From NCBI RefSeq assembly GCF_000485595.1, contig NW_014577068.1, positions 49,582 to 69,581 of the forward strand: DNA of 20,000 nucleotides. The letters are read 5' to 3'. Made by a program: the position numbers and the translations under genes. Below are positions 1-10,715 of the stretch, one piece after another (the stretch's first letter is position 1; every line of letters begins with the position of its first letter). Source of the DNA: Priapulus caudatus. Lineage: Eukaryota. Under the pieces are notes generated by a model. The model saw nothing but the letters and a program-made list of their open reading frames with translations, was not told the DNA's origin and made no database searches.

Positions 1-216
1 TAACCTACATACGTACGTACCGACAGTACGCGTACCGTACCGTACGTACGTACGTACGTACGTACGTACCGTACGTAGCTAGTATGTATGTTGTTGTATT
101 GCTAGTACTGTATGTTATGTATGTATGTATGTACCTGTATGTTCATGTATGTATTTATGCCTATGTATCTATAATCTATAATCGTATATTTCTGATCTCA
201 TTCTATCTATCTATCC

Positions 217-255
<39 letters not shown>

Positions 256-425
256 GCTATCTTAATCTATTCTATCTACTATCCTATCCTATCTATCTAC
301 TCTATCTATCGATCTATCTATCTATCTATACTATCTATCCTGATCTAATCTATCTATCTATCTAATCCATCACATCAATCAATCTATCTATCTGATCTAT
401 CCATCTATCTATTCATATCACACTT
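1..425. repeat. Compound tetranucleotide microsatellite (TACG)n-(TATG)n-(TATC)n
   Basis: Direct reading; degenerate. Confidence 0.95.
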
Positions 426-1880
426 CTATAGTCTATAGTGCATTAGTCTTGCCATCCACTCTGTATCAGTGGCAAGTATGCAGTGTAACTGAACAATGAT
501 ATCGGAAGATGGCCAATATGGACAGTACTGCCGCCGCATTGAAAGAAACAGTCTCGCGGCGGCAAAGAGAAAGAAAAGATAACATGAGGGATCCGTGCGC
601 CATATTAATGAAAGCCAGCGCCACGGCCCATTCAAGACAAATGACTAATGGCTGACAGAAAGTGTCTCGCTCCTCAGGGGTGGCATGTACTAACCGCCGC
701 AGTATAGATAAGTTCTATTTCGAAGAGTGTCTCTTATTTCCAGTCCGCTGCCCTTATGAACGTCACTAGTAAGTCCAACCTATAAAGCAGTTGCACTCGT
801 TTAACGACAGCCTGGCAAAAGGCCGTGGTCACAGAGACGTGTGCGGCTGCCCGTCGCATGGTTAATTTCGACTGCAGACTTCTCTTCGCCATGTCAGTGA
901 CTAACACTATATCCACACACTTGGCTCCCCCCTCATATCGTCAGGGCTCGGTAATGTCTTTTTGTACCTTGAAACCCTGCAGGTGTTGCCTTGTCCGGAC
1001 ATCGACAGTTGAGCGCCATGTATGTTATATATCGAGCTGCACCTGTATGACAATTAAGGGCACTCAGGGGAGCCAGTACGGCACTAACGTTAAAATTCTA
1101 GTTAGCTGTAGGATGTCAGTCGCCTTGCTAGTTGTCTCTAGTCCAGCACGACTTCGAGACCGCTGATACCTAGAGAAAGCGTTCGCCCTGAGAGGGTGTT
1201 TAATCCTGCCCGCTAGAGCGCTCTAGATCCTTCTGCGCGCAGTCTCCGCAGCAAGGCGCACCGCGACCCGGGAATACGTCCTACAAAAGTATCACCGCTG
1301 TCAAAGCTATTGATCATTGCGTGCCACACCAAAATCGAAAGGCCGCGCGCACGATCAATTGCTGCATTCTGCGCCTAACCAGTCTCGAATGTTCTAGGCG
1401 GTCTAACTTCCGAACCTCTCAAGCAAACATATGCACAACGCCATCGCGCAGCTCTCAAATAGCCGTGTTTCACGTGAGCGTCATAGATTCAGTTCACGTG
1501 TATTTGTTATGTTTTTCGGTTGGCAGTCAAGCGAAGCGTGCTGCTTGACATTTACAGCATGACATGGACAAATGTGCTTGGATATTAAAGCACTGTTTAT
1601 TAGTGCCACGTAGCACTGCGCGTCTGCGTGATCAGCCGTGCGTCGCACGTCACGCTCGCGTGCACTGCTTAGCGTGCGTGGCGTGCGTGGTGCGGTTGTA
1701 AAATACTTTACACGTGACGTCTTGCCGTGCGTGTGTGCACAGTAACACGTTGCCGTGCCAACCCCCCGGTGCTGTTGTGACTGTTGGCGTGTTGAGGACG
1801 TACACGTGCCGTGCATGCGGTGCGTGGCGTGCCGGGTGGCGTGGCGGCCGGTTACAAGTGCCGTGCATTGCGGTGCCTGC
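1..1880. repeat. Left arm of a large inverted duplication (partner ~8520-10270); runs off the window start
   Basis: Colinear reverse-complement match, e.g. ctatagtctatagtgc 426-441 vs 9885-9900 and aaagcactgtttat 1587-1600 vs 8882-8895; microsatellite order TACG/TATG/TATC mirrors CGTA/CATA/GATA. Confidence 0.92.
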
Positions 1881-2229
1881 ATTTGGCGTGCTTGATCTTT
1901 TCATTTTAGCCGACACCTTTACCTGGTAATCGCGCCACCAGTCCGATGTACGGCCGCCCACGAACACCCCCTCTCGTCTACGGGTCGCCCCCCCTCGCGC
2001 GTCATGCCACTGTTCGTGTTCGCTGTCTGGACCTTCGTTCCTCACCGTAGGCTGTAGCCCCTTCCTATTTGCCACACCGCCGCCGCTCTCGGTCGTGACC
2101 TTCCCTCCTTCGGCACACCTACGCGGTGGGAGCGGGCCTGGGTCCCGGGTAGGGGACCGCGCCCGCCGCCGTGCAGGGGGGGAGGGGGTTGCAGCGGGAA
2201 GCACACGCGGTGGGAGGGCGTTATATGCA

Positions 2230-2930
2230 GGGGGGAAGTGCGTGCTGTGTGCCACGTTACACTGCGGTGCATGCGTGTGTGCGTGCGTGTGCACGTACAC
2301 GCTCGCGTGCGTGACAGACGTTGACGTTTCGTCGTGTGTGCACGTACACCGTGCCGTGCGTGCAGTGCGTTTGCGTCGCGGTTGGCGCGGCGTGTGCATG
2401 TGCAACGATATTACGTGCCGTTGCGTGGGCGGTGCGGGGAGGCGGCTTTGGAAGCACGCTCGTGTCTGTTACGTCATACTGTTTACTTACGTCACGGCCT
2501 CGTGACCCCCCTCGACTCGATGCCCAGTACACGTACGTGCAATGAGTGTTGGGCGCTGGTCGTGCGTGTTGAAGCTTAACAACGTGCGCGCATTGCGGGC
2601 GTGCGTGGTCCCCTTGTGTGTGCACCGTACAACGTGGCCGTGCCTGTTGCGCGCGTGTGTGCGCGCGTGTGCAGGTACACGTTTGTTGCCGTGCGTGGTG
2701 GACGGCAGTTGCGTTGCCGTGCCCCGTTGGCGTGCGGTGAAACGGTAACACCGGTGTTGGCATCAACCTCGGCAGCGCTGGCTTGGGAAGCGTTAATTGC
2801 GTGTCTGGACTACATTCTTGTCTCCCATCATCGCCCCGTGTCAGCCTGTCAGCTAGACATACCTGTGGCGGGGTTGTGATACGTGCCTGCTGGCCTGTGC
2901 CAACCGTGCTACAGGGAGCGAGCAACGTGG
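2230..2930. repeat. Degenerate (GTGC)n / GTGCACGTACAC-type minisatellite
   Basis: Repeated gtgcgtg, gtgcacgtacac; same unit family as the reverse complement of 8521-8878. Confidence 0.7.
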
Positions 2931-2946
2931 CCGTGGGGATACTCCC

Positions 2947-3160
2947 TATTATTTATTTATTTTATTCATATTTATTTATTTTACTTTATGTATTTATTTA
3001 TTTATATTATTGATTTGTATTTATTTATTTATTATTTATTTTATTTTATTTTATTTTAATTTTATTTATTTTATTTATTTATTTATTTTTTATTTATTAT
3101 TCATTTATTTGCATATATATATTTGTTCATTTATTTATTTATTTGTTTATTTATTTATTT
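2947..3160. repeat. (ATTT)n microsatellite
   Basis: Direct reading. Confidence 0.95.
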
Positions 3161-3222
3161 ACAGACGTGGTTACATAGCGATTACACATTACTGGCAGGC
3201 AGAGGATGTTATATACCCTCCA

Positions 3223-3268
3223 CTCTCGTCTCGCCTCCTCCTCCTCTCCGTCTCTCTCTCATCTCTCG

Positions 3269-3320
<52 letters not shown>

Positions 3321-3745
3321 TCTCTCTCTCTCTTCTCTCACTCTCTCTCTTTCTATCTCTTCTCTCTCTCTCTTCTCTCTCTCTCTCTCTCCCTTTCTCT
3401 CTCTCTCTCTCTCTCGCTCTCTCTCTCTCTTCTCTCTCTCTCCTCTCTCTCTTTCTCTCTGCTCTCTCTCTCTCTCTTTCTTTCTCTCTGTCTCTCTCTC
3501 TCTCTTTCTCTCTGTCTTTCTCTCTCTCTTTTTCTCTCTGTCTCTCTCTCTCGCGCGCCTCTCGATATCTCTCTCTCACTCTTTCTCTCTGTCTCTCACT
3601 GCTTTCTCTCTCTTTAACTTTCTCATCCTTCCTCCTCTCTCCCTTCCCCCTTCCCTCCCTCCCTCTCTTTCTCTCTCTCGCTCTCTCTTTCTCTTTCTCT
3701 CCATCCCTCTCCATCCCTCCCTCTCTCTCTCTCCCTCTTCTCTGC
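3223..3745. repeat. (CT)n polypyrimidine microsatellite
   Basis: Direct reading. Confidence 0.95.
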
Positions 3746-3869
3746 CTTCGTTATGGTTCCTCCTCTGTCACGCCTGTCGGTAAGGGCGTTTAGGTAGAAG
3801 TCATTTCCATAAGTACGGTTTCTTATCCTGTAAGAGGGAATTCTGTCAAGTGACCCGGACTCTCCTCTC

Positions 3870-4014
3870 TCACACACAGCAGACACACACGCGACGCACG
3901 CACGCACGCACGCACGCGCACACACACACACGACACACACACACACTTCACACCACAACACATACACACACAACACAACACACACACACCACCACACACA
4001 CACACAGCACTACG

Positions 4015-4054
<40 letters not shown>

Positions 4055-4225
4055 CACACACACACACACACAAAACACACACATCACACAACACACATAA
4101 TACAGGACACACACCACACACACACATCACACCACTTACACACACACACACACCACACAGCACACCACAACACACACACACAAACACAACACACACAGAC
4201 GCAACACACGCACGCATCCACAACA

Positions 4226-4270
<45 letters not shown>

Positions 4271-4280
4271 GCACACACAG
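3870..4280. repeat. (CA)n / (CACG)n microsatellite
   Basis: Direct reading. Confidence 0.95.
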
Positions 4281-4404
4281 CATGATGACTATCTGATGAC
4301 GTCTGTACTACAGTGAGCATTAGTATAGCATAACAATAGTATCGAGGACGTTGCGCTTCAATGGCCACTGCTGCGATTTGTTGCCGAACATAGCATTCGG
4401 CCAA

Positions 4405-4790
4405 ATTATCATACAATGTATCATGATATGCTTATAACATGTTTAAGTTATAGTTTACAACCCAAAAATGATATATAATAAGTGTATATATGCAATAAAA
4501 ACATAATATAGATATTACATATAACATATATATAATATATGATACTATATATATATATATAGTATATATATTATAGTATATATATATAAAAGTTATCATT
4601 ACAATGCATATGTTACATTCCAAGCTTTATGTCTAACAACCCTCAAAAATGGTATATTAATGGTGTATAAATAAAACATATATTTAATAAGCCTACTAAT
4701 TATATACATACTATATCAGTTATCATACAATGCATATGTAGTGCATCTGGTAAAGTTTTGAGATACAACTCAAAGATGCTTGGGTCTAAA
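4405..4790 (+). repeat. Three degenerate tandem units starting TTATCATACAATGYAT, separated by (TA)n
   Basis: Unit starts at ~4406, ~4592 and ~4719; units share ttatca(t)acaatg(c/t)at...acaac(c)caaa(a/g)atg. Confidence 0.7.
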
Positions 4791-7422
4791 AGCGGCAAAA
4801 AAACCTCCAACATTTAATGTATAACATATATTATAATTATATATATAACAGGCATTGACTTCGTGGTGAAGTTACGTGAGTCCTCTCATTAATGGTTATA
4901 TATTAGCTTATGTGCGCGCGAGTGTACAGTAAAAGCGGCATGTGGATTCATGTGAATATGTTACGAAGCTGTTCGCTTCTATGCACGTGTAGCGCGAGTG
5001 TATGATGAACAGGACACTTCCTGTAGAAGTGCGTATCGCCATGTATATGATGTCCACAGTAAGGCACGTGCGCTGGGCGTAATGAGCTGATGTCGATATT
5101 TCTTAGAACAGATGACTCGTAGCGCATGTTTAGTAGCAGGCATGTACCATAGATTGAGGTATATGTGGTGTGCACGCACACGTGCGTGCGTTTTGACGTT
5201 GAGAGAGCCTAGAGGTGCGCTATGATTAGTGTCGTTTGAGCCTCGTCTTGATGTAGTATGGTGGTGTGCGTACGCCTTCGTTATCGTACAGATCATCCGT
5301 ATCCCCCACACTCCCACCTGCCTGTGCTCCCGTGCAGGCAGCGTGCGCACTCGCCGTGCTCTGTGCGCTGTGAGTGCTATGGTAAACTTCGTCTAACCAT
5401 TCATCACAATGTGAACTTCTGTTATCATTCTAGCTGCCTGCCAGTCCGGTGTTTGAATAACTTCACGCCACGTTCCCGGCCTTAACTGACTCACATGTTT
5501 AATAAACATGTGAAACATCGCTATTGCGATCAGAATCATGAAGAACTGCTCGTCAATCACTGCAGGCGAAACGCCAAAGCAAATACAACGGATGGCAATA
5601 TACCAGATCTGTGTTACACACACGCAGCTAGGCCTGCATAGCTCCCCAATCATTGCCGTTGATACAAGATCACGTATTCTCAAACTCCTGTTTAGTATGG
5701 TGATTGTGACCCTAACCCTTAACCCTAGTAAACAAAAAAATACTTTTGTTGTTATTAAATTGTTGTAAATAAATCCATGTAATATTGGATAAACATTAGA
5801 AAAATAAGAAGACCAGGGAAAATAAATGAAAAAACAATGGGGGATACTCCCAAAAAACGAACATTTCGGTTCGGTGGTCGTGGTTGCCGTGACGGATGCG
5901 GGTTACACGCACGCACCACGTGGCCTGCCCGAGGTCGATCGCCTACTGCTCCTAGGCCGTGTGTGGTGTTAATGGAGGGGATGCGGCGGGGTGCAAGAGC
6001 GTTGACAGCCACTGTGGGCGGTCATTGGGAGGGAAGGTATTCGAGGCGAACGAGAGGCGATGGCAGGGAGAGAGGCGCGGTGATTGTATCAACCAATCAG
6101 AATTTTGGCAGCGAGAGAGGAGACAGGCACGTCAGCGAGGTGAAACAATCGGTGTAGAAGTGGGCATGTGGGTGGGTTAACCAGCTTAAGTGTTTCATTG
6201 GGATGGCAGCGCGGATTCATGTGACGGCGTCTAACTGTGTAACACTTTTTAACGGCGCTTTTTCCGGTGGAGGAGCGAGGGATCGTGATTAATAGATACC
6301 AGAAAAGAATAGGAGGATGAAGAAGAAGAAGTACGCAAAACGGTGCTAAGCGATGCGGAAGAGGAGGGGTCGAAGGTGGAGGAAGTGGAGGGAGTGACCA
6401 GAAAAAAAAGAAAGAGAGAGATGACGAAGAAAAGAGTGAGAAGAGAGAGAAGGAGTCACACGAGATGATGATCAAGTCAAAAGATCAACATGGTATGGAC
6501 CGAGAATGTGGAAAGAGTATATAAAACGAGAATTCCCAGTGAATTCCCCAGTATGGTAATCCGCGCCCGTTTGTTATTTAACATTGCCAAGTATGGGGAG
6601 CGTGCCGCTTGCATATATGAACTCAAACTTCCGGTTTGCAACGAAGAGGACAGGGCGTTCCGGGGAGGAAGCGGTGAGAGCAACAAGGAGCGGAGGAGCA
6701 GAGGTAGGTCATTTTTTACTCCGAGTAGAGTCATATCAAGAACAATAGGCCACGATGCATAAAGAGAGGCGAGCGAGGGGCGCGTACGCCAGTTGGAGAT
6801 TGATGGACAAGAGTCAGAGCAGTGCAAAGGCTCAGACGTGATAGTTTGTAAGGTTGGAGCTCGGCAGAATGTCACTGAGGAAAGATGTAGAGGGCCAGGA
6901 CCGCCGGACCAAGTAAGAGCCCGGTAACAGGATGCTCAGAGACACGGTGAGCCGTACATCCTGAACCCTAACCCTAACTCTAACCCTAACCGCAAATCCT
7001 ATTTTAATAATATATAATAACAAAGTCTAATGTGTAGTTTGATTCTGTGTTGTAAGTGAAAGATGTACATCATGTTGTTATCTTAAAAGTGGTATTGTTA
7101 AACTATAATCATGTCAAATGCGTTAATTGGAGAAAAAAATGTTCAAGCGAATACAAAGATACGGAACATACAGAAAACAGGAAAACTAATTAGAAAACGA
7201 TAGCGTGTTCGCGATGCCACGCCGACCTTCATATTGACGCTGGCGCTCTAACCGCTACCCTATGAAGACTATTATTGGTTTAGGATTTGAATGTGCTATG
7301 TATATGAAAATACTGTGACGTCATTGAGTGACGAAACAAGCTCAATCCAATAGCAGCACGCTCCATACAGCCCTATGTTCTTGATTGACCTAGGAAAAAA
7401 AATCACCGCGTCCGGGGTCGGC

Positions 7423-7641
7423 GAAATTTTTTTCCCCAACAGGTTTACCTATTTACAGTAAATGAGTAGTAAAATTACGTTTAACCCTAAACCCTAAACT
7501 ACCCTAACCCTAATTAAATTTAATTAACACTAATAAATGAAATTAACACGCCTGCCGCACATGTGAACACGCCTGCCTTTGAACCAATCAGGAGGCAGGA
7601 TTTTACTGTAATAGGTAAACCTGTTTGGGAAAAAATATTTC
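7423..7641. mobile_element. MITE-like element with ~40-bp inverted repeats and internal (CCCTAA)n
   Basis: gaaatttttttccccaacaggtttacctatttacagtaaa (7423-7462) is a near-perfect reverse complement of 7602-7641; internal telomere-like tract 7482-7513, direct repeat aacacgcctgcc x2, CCAAT motif. Confidence 0.7.
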
Positions 7642-8519
7642 TCGTCCGGGCCCACTAGTCCAAACTGCATGCAGTGCCCCTTCCCACACTCAGGATAATA
7701 CCACTGCCACAATGCTAGCACTATTTTTAAAGTGGGCGGAGCTCCGGGGAAATCCAGCAAATGGCAATCCAACAGCTGCGAAGTCGCCGTCGAACAAAAC
7801 ATTCGAAATTTCTATGATTTGCATGTTTGTTGGTGGACAAATTTAGATGTTTTAAGTTGAATACGCACAAGTATCAAAAGACAATGTTGTGAGAATTAGG
7901 TATATGGCAATCATTCCAAAAATTCATGATAAATACATGAACTTAGTTTAGTAAACAGCGCGTAATGATTTGAAAGTAGTAAATGGGCGCACTATTTCGT
8001 ATCACTATTTATCAAATTTCTCATAAAATAATGGTTGGATTTTTAATATCTTTGCAGCTTTTATAAGTACACACCGTATTACATAGGACAGGAGTAACGG
8101 GGTCGCTGTAAAACTTATGTAAAAAAAGCGTAAGAAATTCTTACGGAAATCAGCTTGTGGCAGTGGTAGAATTGAGCCAGAGCGAGAGCGCCATCTGTCG
8201 TCGGAGTTTGCCACTAGTCGAGAACAGACGAACAGAGAAACTTCCACAAATACGTTTAGCGTAAACACTATAATTATCAGGGACATCGACATTAAATAAT
8301 ATATTACAGCCTGTACCAAATCAATACGAAAATTAGTATAAGCAGGGTGTGTAATGACAGATATGTCTCGGGCGCGAAAATTTTTTTTCCACGAAAGTTT
8401 CGGACCACAGCCAATCAGCGCACTCCATTCACTCGACTTCCTCGAAGCAACAATGTAAAATGAATACCCCCCATCTCTAACCCTAACACTAACTACTTAT
8501 ACTATAACTATAGACCCAA

Positions 8520-9953
8520 CCACGCACGCACGTGTACGTGCACACGCACGCACGCACGCATGCACGCTCGTGTACGTGCCCACGCACGCACGTGTACGTG
8601 CACACGCACGCACGCACGCATGCACGCTCGTGTACGTGCCCACGCACGCACGTGTACGTGCACACGCACGCACGCACGCACGTGTAAGTTTACACGCACG
8701 CACGCACGCATACACACACGCACGCACGCACGTGTACGTGCACACGCACGCACGCACGTGTAAGTTTACACGCACGCACGCACGCACACACGCAAGCATG
8801 CACGCACGTGTACGTGCACACGCACGCACGCATGTGTACGTGCACACGCACGCACGCAGCACGCGCGTGTACGTGCACTACATAAACAGTGCTTTATATC
8901 AGAACATTTGGTCATTCATCTGTAAATGTCAAGCAGCACGCTTCGCTTCTGCCAACCACAAAACATAACAAATACACGTGACCTGATCTATGACGTCACG
9001 TGAAACATCGCTATTAGACCTGCGCGATGACGTGTGCATATGTTTGCTAGTGAATTAGACCCGCTAAAATTCGAGACTGTTCGCTGGCAGCAATTGATCC
9101 GTGCGCCGGCCTTTCGATTTGGTGCACGGATCAATAGCTGCCAGCGCGTGATACTTTTGTAGGACGTTCCCGCGGTCGCGTGCGCCTTGCTGCGGAACTG
9201 CGCGCAAGATCTGCGCTTAGCGGGCAGGATTAACACCTCTCAGGCGACGCTTCTCTGGTATCCGGTCTCTCGTCTGGATAGACATGCAGCGAACTGCATC
9301 CTACCAGTCTATGTTTACGTTAGTGCACGTACTGCTCCCGATGCCCTTAATTGTCACAAGCTCGATATACATACATGCAGCAAACTGTCGATGTCCCAGG
9401 CAACACCTGGCAGGGTTCAAACAAAAAGACATTACCTAACTGCCGATGTGAGGGGGGAGCCAATGTGTATATCAGTGTTATCACTGACGAATTAACCATG
9501 CACGGGCACCGCACCGTCTGTGACACGGCCTTTGCCAGGCTTCGTTAACGAGTGCAAATGCTTATAGTGGACTCTACTAGTACTGTTCATCAAGGCGCAG
9601 CGGACTGGGAAATAAGAGACAACTGCTTGAAATAGACTATATATACTGCGGCGGTTCGTACATGCCACCCTGAGGAGGAACACTTTCTGTCACCTAGTCA
9701 TTTCTTTGAATCCGTGCGCTGGCTTTCATTATGGCGCACGGATCCACCATGTTATCTTTTCTTTTCTCTTTGCCGCGCGCACTTTTCTTCTATGCGCGGC
9801 CAGTACTCCATATTTGGCCATCTTCCATATCATTTCAGTTACACTTGCATCACTTCCACTGGATACAGAGTGTGCAAGACTATAGCACTATAGACTATAG
9901 AGTGTGATAGATAGATAGATGGATAGATAGATAGATAGATTGATTGATTGATG

Positions 9954-10000
<47 letters not shown>

Positions 10001-10134
10001 TAGATAAGATAGAATAGATAGAACTAGATAGACTAGATAGATAGATGAGATAGATAGTAGATAGATAGAATAGATAGATCAGATAGATATAGATTATAGA
10101 TATAGATACATACATAAATACATACATACATACA

Positions 10135-10165
<31 letters not shown>

Positions 10166-10270
10166 ACATACATACATGACCATACAACAGTACTACAATA
10201 CGTACGTACGTACGTACGTAGTTACGTAACGTAACGTACGTAGCGTACGTAACGTACGTATCCGTATGTA
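8520..10270. repeat. Right arm of the inverted duplication
   Basis: Reverse complement of 1-~1880, including ~1 kb non-microsatellite core 8882-9900. Confidence 0.92.
8521..8878. repeat. (CACG)n-based minisatellite with a 60-bp higher-order unit
   Basis: 8521-8580 is identical to 8581-8640 and the first 40 bp recur at 8641-8680; almost entirely alternating purine/pyrimidine. Confidence 0.93.
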
Positions 10271-10617
10271 GGTAGGTAGGTAATAGGTAGGTAGGTACGG
10301 TATGTAGGTTAGTACAACGCTAGGTAAGGTAGGTAAGGTAGGTAGGTTAAGGTAGCGTAGGTAGGTCAGGTCGGTAAGGTAGGTTAGGTTAGGTAGGTAG
10401 GTAGGTAGGTAGGTAGGTAGCCTAGGTAGGTAGGTAGGTAGGTAGGTAGGTAGGTAGGGTAGGTTAGGTAGTAGGTAGGTAGTAAGGTAGTAGGTAGGTA
10501 AGGTAGGTAGGTAGGTAGGTAGGTAGTAAGGTAGGTAGGTAGGTAGGTAGGTAGTAGTAGGTAGGTAGGTAGGTAGGTAGGTAGGTAGGTAGGTAGGTAG
10601 GTTAGATAGATAGATAG
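9906..10617. repeat. Compound microsatellite (GATA)n-(CATA)n-(CGTA)n-(GGTA)n-(GATA)n
   Basis: Direct reading; blocks at approximately 9906-10105, 10107-10190, 10201-10265, 10269-10602, 10604-10617. Confidence 0.95.
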
Positions 10618-10684
10618 AAGAATAGATTCTTTTCTTTGGGAATTTTTCTTTCAACCAAGTGGTCACCAACTGAGCGCTTTATTT

Positions 10685-10715
10685 CCCGGGCAACGCCGGG
10701 TGTCCTAGCTGCTAG
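10685..10715 (+). mobile_element. Helitron-type 3' terminus (non-autonomous element; 5' end not identified)
   Basis: 16-bp GC-rich hairpin cccgg-gcaacg-ccggg (10685-10700), 11-nt spacer, then CTAG (10712-10715) followed by T, the canonical Helitron end. Confidence 0.72.

Noticed and set aside
3745..3842. Strong minus-strand acceptor (ttccctcttacag) followed by open frame IRNRTYGNDFYLNALTD...
   Set aside because: No convincing donor or partner exons; runs into a (GA)n tract; no recognisable protein motif.
84..4623. Many long ORFs (e.g. 1650..2405, 3010..3783, 3259..3714, 3850..4296)
   Set aside because: They translate microsatellites (YLSI, SL, ER, HT, CV, RAC repeats), are open in several frames and show no domain motifs.
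5837..6960. ORFs of 106-132 aa in the G/A-rich block, possible transposase or RT fragment
   Set aside because: No RT, integrase, DDE or Rep/helicase motifs recognised; composition looks like low-complexity or low-quality sequence.
8168..8220. CTCF-like motif agcgccatctgtcg
   Set aside because: Partial match only; no supporting context.
5709..8520. True telomere or chromosome-end signal
   Set aside because: Tracts are only 3-5 degenerate units and are embedded in element-like flanks.
8521..8878. CRISPR-like array
   Set aside because: Contiguous tandem units without unique spacers, no cas genes, spliced eukaryotic context.
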